From an uncultured Candidatus Saccharibacteria bacterium (GTDB taxonomy: Bacteria; Patescibacteriota; Minisyncoccia; Phycocordibacterales; UBA5272), in the NCBI GenBank assembly GCA_964635125.1, contig CAZWMQ010000001.1:84386-148385 (forward strand): a stretch of 64,000 nucleotides of DNA, in the 5' to 3' direction. The position numbers and the translations under genes were made by a program. The first letter of the stretch is position 1. Each line of letters opens with the position of its first letter. The notes under the pieces are model-generated. The model saw nothing but the letters and a program-made list of their open reading frames with translations, searched no databases and was not told where the DNA came from. This document shows, one piece after another, positions 48,143-58,192 of this stretch.

Positions 48143-49897
48143 ATGTCGAAAGATACCAAGCCTAAGCCAGATTCCAAAAAGAAATCTGGTAATATTTTTG
48201 AAATTCTAAGAGAATATAAAAAATTTATATTATTTTTAATTCTTTTAGGAATTACTTCAAATGTTCTAACTTTAATTATCCCAAAATTAATCTCTAAGGG
48301 TATTGATAGTTATAATAATCACACTTTAATATTCAAAAGTTTGATTATAGAATTTGGGATGGTAATAATTGGTATTTTTATTTTTACTTTTTTCCAGACC
48401 ATAGTTCAGACTATTGTTTCAGAAAAGGTGGCTTATAATTTTCGGGAGAAATTAGCTAAAAAGATATCAAGACAAGACTATGAGTTTTTAAAAGTTGTAA
48501 ATCCAAATAAACTTTTAACTAATTTAACTTCAGATATAGATTCATTAAAAATGTTTGTTTCTCAAGCTATAGTCCAAAGTGTTTCCTCGATTGTAATTAT
48601 TATCGGAGCTAGTATTTTATTGATTAGTATTGATCTTAAATTAGGATTATTTGTTTTTTTAATGATACCAGTTATCATTATTGTTTTCATATTTATTTTT
48701 AAGAAAGCTAAAATGCTTTTTACTAAAATTAGAACAATTATTGATTGATTAAATAAAGTCATTTCGGAAAGTATCTTAGGTTCAGCTATCATTAGAGTTT
48801 TAAATATACAGGATTTGGAAATTAAAAAGTTTAGTGAAGCTAATACTGAAGCCAGAGATACTGGTATTAAGATAGTAAAGCTTTTTGCCATCATGATACC
48901 AAGTATAACTTTGATTGCTAACTTAGCCACACTCGCCGTTTTAGTTTTAGGTGGGCATTATGTAATAATTAAAGAATTAAGTATTGGTGATTTCACCGCT
49001 TTCTTATCATATATTATTATATTAATTTTCCCAATTTTGATTTTAGGATTTATTTCTAATATAATTGCTCAAGCTAGTGCATCTTACACGAGAATTAAAG
49101 AAATTTTAGATAAAAATGATATTAAAGACACTGGAAACTTAAATAGTGAAATTAATGGAGATATAAAGATTGAAAAGCTGTCTTTAAAATTTGAAGAAGA
49201 TGAGATCTTAAAAGATATTAATTTTAAAGTTTCTAAGTATAGTAAAACGGCTATTATTGGTCCGACAGCCGCAGGCAAAACACAACTATTATATGTTATG
49301 TCTGATCTAATTAAGAGAAGTGGAGGAGAAATATATTATGATAATAATTTGATAGAAAATTACGAAAAGAATCATTTTCATAAACAAGTCACCCTTGTTT
49401 TTCAGGATAGTGTAATATTTAATTTATCAATTCGTGAAAATATTGCTTTTGATAATTCAGTTTCTACTGAAGATTTATATAAAGCTATAAAGACAGCCGA
49501 ACTGGAGGATTTTATAGAATCTTTGCCAGAAGGTTTAGATACTATAATCGGAGAGAGGGGAGGGACTTTATCGGGAGGACAAAAGCAGAGAATAATGCTT
49601 GCTCGAGCACTGGCGATTAATCCAAAAGTTTTATTGTTAGATGATTTTACAGCTAGAGTCGATGAGCGAACTGAGAAGAAGATTTTAGCTAATTTAGAAA
49701 AGAACTATCCCAATCTTACTATTGTATCAGTGACTCAGAAAATTTCTTCAGTCGAGAAATATGACAATATAATTGTTTTAATGGAAGGGGAAATTATAGC
49801 CACAGGAACTCATCAAGAATTACTAAGCTCTTCTCCGGAATATAATCAGATTTATAATTCACAACGAAGCACTAATCATTATGAATTACAATCTTAA
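48143..49897 (+). CDS. ABC exporter, TMD+NBD subunit A (584 aa; TGA at 48746)
   Basis: GPTAAGKT, LSGGQKQR, degenerate Walker B LLLDD. Confidence 0.92.
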
Positions 49898-51635
49898 TAC
49901 ACAAGAGCAAAACGAAAAGAAAAATACCTTGAGATCTTTCAAGAAGTTTTTCCCATTTTTGAGATCAGAAAAGAATAATTTAATTATTTCTTTAATTTTT
50001 ATTTTATTAAGTTCAAGCTTATCATTATTAGCTCCGATAATAATTGGTAAGACAGTAGATAAATACATTTCTCAAGGCGATTATCATGGAGTAATTTTAT
50101 TTGGGATTATGCTTTTAATAATTTATTTACTAAGTGTGTTTTTTTCTTATTTGCAAATTACGATAATGGGAAAAGTTGGTCAGAGATTATTATTCAATTT
50201 AAGAAATAGTGTATTTCTTAAATTACAATCCTTACCAATTAGTTTTTTTAACCAAAATAAAGCTGGGGATTTAATTTCCCGTATTAATAATGATACGGAT
50301 AAATTAAATCAATTCTTCTCTCAATCTCTAATGCAATTTATTGGAAGTATTTTTATGATTATTGGAGCGGGAGTATTTTTAATTTCTCTAAAACCAATCC
50401 TAGGAATTATCATTTTAATTCCAGCTATATTAATATTAATTTTCACTAAGATAATTTCTCCTTGAGTTGCTCGTAAAAATTTAATTAATTTAAATAAGAT
50501 TGGAAATCTTTCAGCAGAGATTCAAGAGAGCTTAGAGAATTTTAAAGTGATAATTTCATTTAATCGACGAGATTATTTTATCGAGAAATTTAAAAAAGTT
50601 AATCAAGAGACTTATCAAAGTGGTATCTGGTCAGCCATAGCTAACGGAAGTCTGACTCCAGTTTATACTATGTTTAGTAATTTAGCCAAACTTTTCGGGT
50701 TAGTTTTTGGAATATATTTAATTATTAAGGGATCTTTGACTATTGGAATATTGATAAGTTTTATAACTTATACGACTAATTTTTACAACCCTCTTCAACA
50801 GATTGCGGCGATTTGGACTAGTTTTCAATCTGCGATGGCCGGCTGGGAAAGGATTAACAAAGTTTTGATTTTAGAAAATAATTTATTATTAGTGAAAGAT
50901 AATAATATTAAAGACAATAGAAATATTTTAGAGTTAGAAGGAGTCAGTTTCTCTTATACTGAGGATAAGTTAGTTTTAAATAACATTTCTTTATCCTTAG
51001 AAATCGGTAGAACTTATGCTTTGGTCGGTCCAACTGGTGGTGGAAAGACAACCACCGCAAGCTTAATCGCTAGACTTTATGATGCTAAAGAGGGCAAGAT
51101 TTATTTAGATGGTAAAGATATACGATCTTATAGCGAAAATGAAAAGACTAATTTAATAGGATTTATTTTACAAGATGCATTTTTGTTTGAAGGATCATTT
51201 AAGGATAATATTTTATATGGAAATAATTTATATACTGATATAGCTGATGAAGAATTATTAAAAATTTTAAAAGAAAAAGGATTAATTGAGATTTTGCAGA
51301 GATTTAAAGATGGATTAGAGACTAAGATCGATAAGAATCAAAATCTTAGTCTTGGGCAGAAACAATTAATTGCTTTTGTTCGAGCTGTCTTGCGAGAGCC
51401 GAAGATATTAATTTTAGACGAAGCTACTGCCAATGTAGATACCATCACTGAACAATTATTAGAGAAAGCTTTAAATTGTCTACCAAAGACCACCACTAAG
51501 ATTATTATTGCTCATCGTCTTAATACGATTGAGAATGCTGATCAGATATTTTTCGTCAATAATGGAGAAATTGTAAATGCGGGAAATATGCAAGAGGCAA
51601 TTAATCTTATTTTACATCGAGATAGAAAGAGTTAA
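49881..51635 (+). CDS. ABC exporter, TMD+NBD subunit B (584 aa; TGA at 50463)
   Basis: GPTGGGKT, LSLGQKQ, ILDEAT, IAHRL. Confidence 0.92.
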
Positions 51636-51646
51636 TTTTCAAGATA

Positions 51647-51672
51647 AAAACTGGGTTATAAGCCCAGTTTTT
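51647..51672. terminator. Bidirectional terminator
   Basis: AAAACTGGGTT-ata-AGCCCAGTTTT between convergent genes. Confidence 0.75.
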
Positions 51673-51696
51673 AAATATTTAATTTTAAAAATTAAA

Positions 51697-52143
51697 TTAT
51701 TGATTAGTTGTTTCTTTACCAGTGAAGAGAGTTTGTCCATCATTAGAAATTGTAATCTCTCCTTGATGTTCTCAAAGTTGCATACCTTTATCAACTTCGG
51801 TGAATGAATTAGAGTATCTTGCCCCTGATCCAGACATGGCCTCCGGTAAAGTATAATCTTGACCAACTCAAGAGAAAGTTACAGTTGAAGTGGAAGTGGT
51901 AGAATTATTAAAGGCTATATTAACTGTGGTAGTTCCATCAGTTGCTGAAACATTTACTGTCTTATAAGCTTTAGTAGTTGAAGCAGTATTGTTTTCAGCT
52001 GGCTGATTAGTATTAGGTTTTTTAAGTAAAGCAATAATTGCAATGATTATTAAGATTATTATTACAATAATAGATCAAGTCGAGCCATCTCTTTTCTTAG
52101 GGCCCTCTTGATTATTATTGGTATTATTATTTTCATTATCCAT
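51697..52143 (-). CDS. MliC-family lysozyme inhibitor, TM-anchored (148 aa, 3 TGA)
   Basis: YTLPEAMSGSGARYSN..L*EHQGE; absent from ORF track. Confidence 0.8.
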
Positions 52144-52280
52144 ATTTGTATTTGATTAAGTTATTAAATTATTAATTTCGACGATTATGAACTCATTATA
52201 GCACTAATTAAAGAAACATAATATAATGTTTGTATAGTATTATCATAATATAGTTTTTTGAAATCCTTTTTTAAATTTTA

Positions 52281-52476
52281 CGGAGAATGAGGGATTCGGT
52301 CACCAAATATATATTTTTATTTCATTTTTTCAAATTCATAAAAATATTATTTCTCGACCCCTGTATCAGAGCTTCACTCACTTCGTGAGTGGCTTCGCAA
52401 GCTCTTCAATTCGAATCCCGCACTCTCCGATAAAATAAATCACTCAGAATTTCATTCCGAGCTCATTATTTTATTG
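52281..52476. repeat. tRNA-Ser 3'-flanking structured element
   Basis: Inverted tRNA-3'-end-like arms at 52281-52298 and 52412-52429, plus motifs shared with 1693-1865. Confidence 0.8.
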
Positions 52477-52564
52477 CGGAGGATGAGGGATTCGAACCCT
52501 CGAACAGCTTTACACCGTTGCCACCTTTCCAAGGTGGTGCACTAGACCGCTATGCGAACCCTCC
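52477..52564 (-). tRNA. tRNA-Ser(GGA)
   Basis: CCACC-TT GGA AA-GGTGG, long variable arm, G73. Confidence 0.95.
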
Positions 52565-52655
52565 ATTTTTATATCTTATCATTTTTATATCAATTATAAA
52601 ATTATTTTTATTTAATATAAAAATATTATATTAAAAGCATGTTATACTTTAAAGT

Positions 52656-54233
52656 ATGACGAATCAACCAAAGAAAGCAATTTCATTAGCAGAATTACGT
52701 AATGGAAAGAATAAACAAAAAAATACAAAACATTCTAATTCAGAGCTTGTATACAGTTCAAAAGAAGCCAAAAAACCAGTATTTCAGGATAAGAAATTTC
52801 AGAATTTTCAAGAATGGCAAAAGAAGAATTACGATCCAGAAATAGTTCAGATCACACAATTTAAAAAGAATAGAGAAGAGGAGAAGGAGAAACCTTTAAA
52901 AGAAAGAAGTTTAAAATTAATAGAAAAAATTTTTAAAATAAAAAGTAAAGAAAATTATTCTAAGAATTTTTTAGAAGTGGTTGAGCTTTTAAAAACTGAG
53001 CCAATTAAAGAAGTAATTGTTTCGGGAAGCTTTTCTAATAAGAATGAACCAAGTATTGATTTAGATACAAGAGGAGCACTTAATTTATTAAATAATTACA
53101 ATAGGAGAAATTATAAAGAAAATTATACCGACACTGCCAAAACTACAGTATTAGATCATGAGCAAATTACTAAATATTTAAAATCTCTTAAAAAGAAAGA
53201 TAAGGATAGCGAGGGAATAATAATCACAGTTGATGCTGGGGGCAATTGGTTAAGAGTTTTTAATGAGAGCAATAATAAAGAAACAATTGTTACTATTGAT
53301 CACCATGGGCATGGTGAAGGGCCAATTACTTCTGGAACTAGGATGACTTACAATCTAATGAAGCAGGCTGGGATATTGAAGGAAGAATATTGGATGAAGG
53401 ACTATGTAGAAGCTATTAATAGTGTTGATAATTTAGATTATATATATAGAAAAGATAGAGAAGGGAAATATACTTTCAATAAAGAATTCTTTGTTAATTC
53501 TTGAACTAGATCTTTAGCTGCTTTTGCTGAAAAAGAAATTTCATTTCAAGATTTAATAAAATTATTTAAAGAAGGAAAAATAAAAGACATATCTAGACCT
53601 TTAAATAATTATGAATTAAATGGTGAAATTGGTAATATTATTGTGAATATTAAAAATGGTAAAAATTATCAGAAAATGCCACTTCGTGAGGGTATTGAGA
53701 TTAAAAAAAGAGAGGCCTTTAACTCTTTAAGATCAGCTAAAGAAATTTTAAAATACAATAATCAATATAATAAATTAGTTGAGAGCGAAGATCTTGGTAA
53801 TATTCTTTATCAAAATTATCAATCTAAAAAGAAAATGGCTAATGGTCGAGAGATAATTAATAAGATTGATAATCAAATGGCTTTTAAAGTGTTGAAGGCA
53901 ATGGGAGGAAATACTTATATTGTTTGAAATCTTGAACATAATTATTTTTATATTAATTCAGATTATAAAGAGGCAGATCTGCAATTATTAGCCGAAGTAT
54001 TTAATTATATAGCTCCTGGTTCAGCAATCGAGGCCAGGGGTAGATTTATCTTTGGTAAAATCAAAAATTTAAATGAAGAAAGATTTTTAGATATAATTAA
54101 AAATTATAAAAATATAGCTAAAGATATTAATTTAAAAGAAGAAAAGAAGGTAGAAGACAAAGCCAAAGAAATTAAAAAGAATAAAAATACAATTAGTAAA
54201 AATAAATCTACAAAACCCAAAGAGTTAGCATAG
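52656..54233 (+). CDS. DHH-phosphoesterase-like hypothetical protein (525 aa; TGA at 53502, 53925)
   Basis: IDLD, TVDAG and TIDHH occur in DHH-family order. Confidence 0.6.
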
Positions 54234-54327
54234 GATACATTTTAAAATTGATATATAGATTAAGATTTTTAAAAATCTAAAAAATTTGATATTATATATT
54301 TATTATTTTAATAATTAAAATAATAAT

Positions 54328-54401
54328 GCTCCCATAGCTCAGTTGGTTAGAGCATACGGCTTATATCCGTAGGGTCCTTGGTTCGAGTCCAAGTGGGAGC
54401 A
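54328..54401 (+). tRNA. tRNA-Ile(TAT)
   Basis: Cloverleaf with TACGG-CT TAT AT-CCGTA, A73. Confidence 0.9.
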
Positions 54402-54440
54402 CTTTGAGAATTTTTCTGAGTGAAGTAAAGATATTGTAGA

Positions 54441-54480
54441 TTTATACGTACGGTCCTTGGTTCGAGTCTAGATGTGTGTA
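54441..54480 (+). repeat. Degenerate 3'-half copy of tRNA-Ile(TAT)
   Basis: TTATA-CGTACGGTCCTTGGTTCGAGTC versus TTATATCCGTAGGGTCCTTGGTTCGAGTC. Confidence 0.75.
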
Positions 54481-54511
54481 AGATTTTTCTTAGTGTGGAG
54501 ATTATTAAAAA

Positions 54512-55267
54512 TTAATGAGCGAGAGCGAAAGCCAAAATGCTTTCTTGATTTAATCCATAATTAATTAAAGTTTTACGAAGTTCGTAGAAAGTTGCTCCGG
54601 TCGTGGTGATATCATCAAAAAGTATGATGATTTTGCCTTTTAAAAATTCAGAATTATATTTTGGATTAATAGTAAAGACATTTTGAATTAATTTCAAACG
54701 GGATTCTTGATTTAAGGATTGATGAAATGGGATAGTGTGTTTATTTTTGATTATTAAATCAGTATAAACTTGAGATGAAAGATTTAAATTATAATTTTCG
54801 TAGATATTTATAATAATTTCATTTAATAATATTTCACTTTGATTATAATTTCTCTTAATTAATCGCTTTTTAGAAATTGGAATTGGAATTATTATAATTT
54901 TTTCTGTATTTTGATTTAGCTCCCTAATATTTTTATTTAGAAAATTATAAAAGTCTTCAAAGCTTACTTTGGCTAAATATTTAGCAATGTCTTTCACATA
55001 GTTGTATTTAAGAGAATATAAGGATTTCTTGACGGCATTATTTTGAAAAGGTAGAGAAGAAGAAATCCAAGTTATATTTTGTAAATACTCCGTATTTTTA
55101 TAATCTATTCTTTCTGAATAAGATAAATCTGGGACTTTATTTAAATATTTTAATTTAGACTTTTGAATATTTTCTAAGCAAACTTCACAGATTAGATTTC
55201 CACTTTTACCACAGTTGAGACATTCTTCAACAAATAGGGAATTTAGAAATTTTATTATACTTATCAT
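54512..55267 (-). CDS. comF: ComF family protein
   Basis: CLNC..CEVC, RNYNQSE, FDDITTTGAT. Confidence 0.9.
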   Translation of the reverse strand: MISIIKFLNSLFVEECLNCGKSGNLICEVCLENIQKSKLKYLNKVPDLSYSERIDYKNTEYLQNITWISSSLPFQNNAVKKSLYSLKYNYVKDIAKYLAKVSFEDFYNFLNKNIRELNQNTEKIIIIPIPISKKRLIKRNYNQSEILLNEIIINIYENYNLNLSSQVYTDLIIKNKHTIPFHQSLNQESRLKLIQNVFTINPKYNSEFLKGKIIILFDDITTTGATFYELRKTLINYGLNQESILAFALAH

Positions 55268-55287
55268 GTTATAATTATAGTATAAAT

Positions 55288-56361
55288 ATGGCTTTATTTA
55301 GTAAAGATAAAAAAGAAGTGATTGAAAGTTGTGCTGGGGTTGATATCGGCTCTTATGCTATTAAAGTTTTACAAGTGAAGAAAGACACCAATCAGATTCA
55401 TCTTGAGACTTATGGTGAATTAGAATTAGCTGCTTATGACGCACTTCCCCCAGGGTCGATATCTAATATCGGTGAAGAAAAGACTATACAAGCGATGAAA
55501 GATCTATTATTAGCTAGTAAAATAACTGCGGAGAAATTTGTCTTTGCTATACCGATGCAAGAATGTTTTATAACTTCAATCACAATTCCAAGAGTATCCG
55601 ACAAAGAATTAGCTAGTATAATACCATTAGAAGCTAGAAAATATTTACCAATGCCGATTTCTGAAGTTAAATTAAATTATTGACGAACTAATCTTGGGGA
55701 TAAAGTTACCGATAGTAAGGATATAATTATGATCGCTGCCGTCAAAAATAATACTTTTGAAATGTACGAAAGATATGTTAAAAAATTAGGTATTAGAGAT
55801 TATTCTTTTGAGATCGAAAGTCTTTCTCAAGCTAGAGTAGTTCTCAATAATTTTACAAAAGAAAAATTTATCTTGACAGTTGATATAGGAGCGAAAAGTA
55901 GTTTTATTTCTTTTATTAAAAATGGTTATATACAAGAGACCAGGATTATACAAAAAGGTTCTTATGATAATACTTTTCAGATTTCTAAGATTTTAGGATT
56001 ATCAATTGATGTTGCTGAAGAAGCTAAAAGAATATTTGGATATTTAGGGGACGATTCTTCTCCGCATTTAGCCGAGGTTATGGGATTAGCAAGTTTTCCA
56101 CTATTTGATGAAATTAAGTCACATTTATTAAGATATGAGAGAAATTATAGTATAATAATAGAGAAGGTAGTTATAACTGGAGGCGGGGCTTTGGTTAAGG
56201 GAATACAAAAAATACTTTCAGAGTTTTTAGAAAAAGAAGTTGTTTTATTAAATGTATTTTCTCAATTAACTTTACCAGATAATATAAAAGAAGAATTAAG
56301 TAAAGGTAATCAAAATTATGCAATCGCTACCGGCTTAGCTTTAAAAAATTATTTTAAATAA
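55288..56361 (+). CDS. pilM: Type IV pilus assembly protein PilM (357 aa; TGA at 55681)
   Basis: GVDIGSYAIK, EARKYLP, VDIGA, ITGGG, ATGLALK. Confidence 0.9.
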
Positions 56362-56365
56362 AATT

Positions 56366-57214
56366 ATGTTCGACAAACAAGCACAAGATCTTTTAAGTAA
56401 ATCTCAAGACAGCGGGGTATTTAATCAATTTGTTGCTCCAATTACTACTGACAACTTAAGAACAAAAAAAGACACTGTAAGAAGAGTTTTATTATTTATT
56501 TTTATAATAATTATTTTATTAGCAATCGGTTCAGTATTTCTAGTTAAATCTTTAGAGTCGACTATTAATTTTAAACAAGACCAACTTCAAGCTTATAATA
56601 ATTCCTCAAATGTAATTCAATTTGAAAAAAATCTCCCAGACATGCGAGATATTTCTCAGAAATTAAAATTATTAAACGATGTCTACACCTCCAAACAATA
56701 TATTTCTGGAATGTTTTTCCCAATTTTAGGGTCTTTGGTAGAGTCTTCTCGAATTAGTTATGTATATTTTAATAGAATAAGTCTTAAAAAAGATAATAAT
56801 ACTAATCTTATGAATATTTCTTTATCAGGTATTGCTCTTGATTATCCTACTTTATATAGACAAGTTAATAATTTTAAATTTGGAACTTACTCTAACTATA
56901 TTCATAATTTTAAATTACAAAGTTTCTCAATGTCTCAAGATATGAATGTTGAGTTTAGTATAGCTTTTGATATTGAGATAAATACTCCATCCTATTTAAA
57001 GTATATTAAATCAATAAGTGGGGTAGTTAGCTCATCAACATTTACAGGTTCCAATTCCCCAGGTCCTCTATATGATAATAAAAGTAATAATTTATCTAAT
57101 GCAAGTGTAATAGACTCATCCTCTTCTAATGAAGAGCAAAATATCAATTTCGTAGTCTCGTCTGGTAGTGAAAGTGGCCCTAATAATACCACTAACAACG
57201 AAACTTCAAATTAA
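56366..57214 (+). CDS. PilN-like protein
   Basis: Single TM; follows pilM. Confidence 0.6.
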   Translation: MFDKQAQDLLSKSQDSGVFNQFVAPITTDNLRTKKDTVRRVLLFIFIIIILLAIGSVFLVKSLESTINFKQDQLQAYNNSSNVIQFEKNLPDMRDISQKLKLLNDVYTSKQYISGMFFPILGSLVESSRISYVYFNRISLKKDNNTNLMNISLSGIALDYPTLYRQVNNFKFGTYSNYIHNFKLQSFSMSQDMNVEFSIAFDIEINTPSYLKYIKSISGVVSSSTFTGSNSPGPLYDNKSNNLSNASVIDSSSSNEEQNINFVVSSGSESGPNNTTNNETSN

Positions 57215-57230
57215 ATGTTAAAATAATTAT

Positions 57231-57827
57231 ATGCATAGTGATAAAGTTAAAAATAAATTCTACTACAACTTACTATTGATATTAGTTTCTTTTGGAATTA
57301 TTTATTTCTTTATCTATCCAATGTATTCTGGTACAGGACAAATCTATTCTCCAAAGAAAGGGATTAAGGATCTATTACAAGAAAAGAATGATTTAAATAA
57401 TGCTTTAGACATCGTTCAAGATTATGATATAAAATTAGGCGAAGCTAATAAATCTTATAGTCAAGCCTTAGGAGCTTTACCATTAGATGAATTAAATAAG
57501 ATTTTACCAACTAGTGCTGATCCAGTCTTAATAGCTTATGAAATTACAAAGATTGCCGGAAGGTCAGGATCAAATATGCTTTTATCTGGTTTATCAGTGA
57601 ATGAGGGACAGAGTAGTAATAAGAAATATAATACTATGACTATTAATTTTAGTACAGAAGGGTCTTATGATAATTTAAAGAATTTTTTACATGATTTAGA
57701 GACTTCCCAGAGAATATATAATGTTTCTTCTCTATCTTTCTCGTCCGAAAAAGATAGTATTAGTTCTTCAGTATATAAATATTCTCTCACCATTGAGACT
57801 TATTATTTATCCAAAAATGATAATTAA
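57231..57827 (+). CDS. pilO: PilO-like protein
   Basis: KILP, GSYDNLKNFLHDLETSQRI, IETYY. Confidence 0.85.
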   Translation: MHSDKVKNKFYYNLLLILVSFGIIYFFIYPMYSGTGQIYSPKKGIKDLLQEKNDLNNALDIVQDYDIKLGEANKSYSQALGALPLDELNKILPTSADPVLIAYEITKIAGRSGSNMLLSGLSVNEGQSSNKKYNTMTINFSTEGSYDNLKNFLHDLETSQRIYNVSSLSFSSEKDSISSSVYKYSLTIETYYLSKNDN

Positions 57828-57836
57828 AATAAATAT

Positions 57837-58151
57837 ATGAATAATTTAACTAGAGCAAAAATAAATTCAAAAGCAAGTTGGTTTTTAACTATAATTGGGA
57901 TTGCTCTTTTAGCTTATTTTATTTACGAAGGTTTTTTTGCTTCTAAGAGCGTCGGATTAGATGCTGGGAATAATGTTTATGTTTCAGGAACTAAACAGGC
58001 CAAAGATTATGATATTTTTAATAAAGAAAATTTAAATTTTAACAATACAGGGAGTAATATTGATCAAAGTCTTTTAAACAATATACAAGATTTTTCAGTC
58101 ACAGTTGACCCAAGTAGTTATATTGGAAGAGATAATCCATTTATACCTTAA
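57837..58151 (+). CDS. Small pilus-cluster protein (PilP position)
   Basis: TM and C-terminal GRDNPF. Confidence 0.6.
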   Translation: MNNLTRAKINSKASWFLTIIGIALLAYFIYEGFFASKSVGLDAGNNVYVSGTKQAKDYDIFNKENLNFNNTGSNIDQSLLNNIQDFSVTVDPSSYIGRDNPFIP

Positions 58152-58192
58152 TAGTTTAATATTTAATCTAAATTTAATGTTATAATTTAAAT

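Noticed and set aside
48143-51635. Degenerate ABC motifs as a sign of decay
   Set aside because: One degenerate site is normal for heterodimeric ABC exporters
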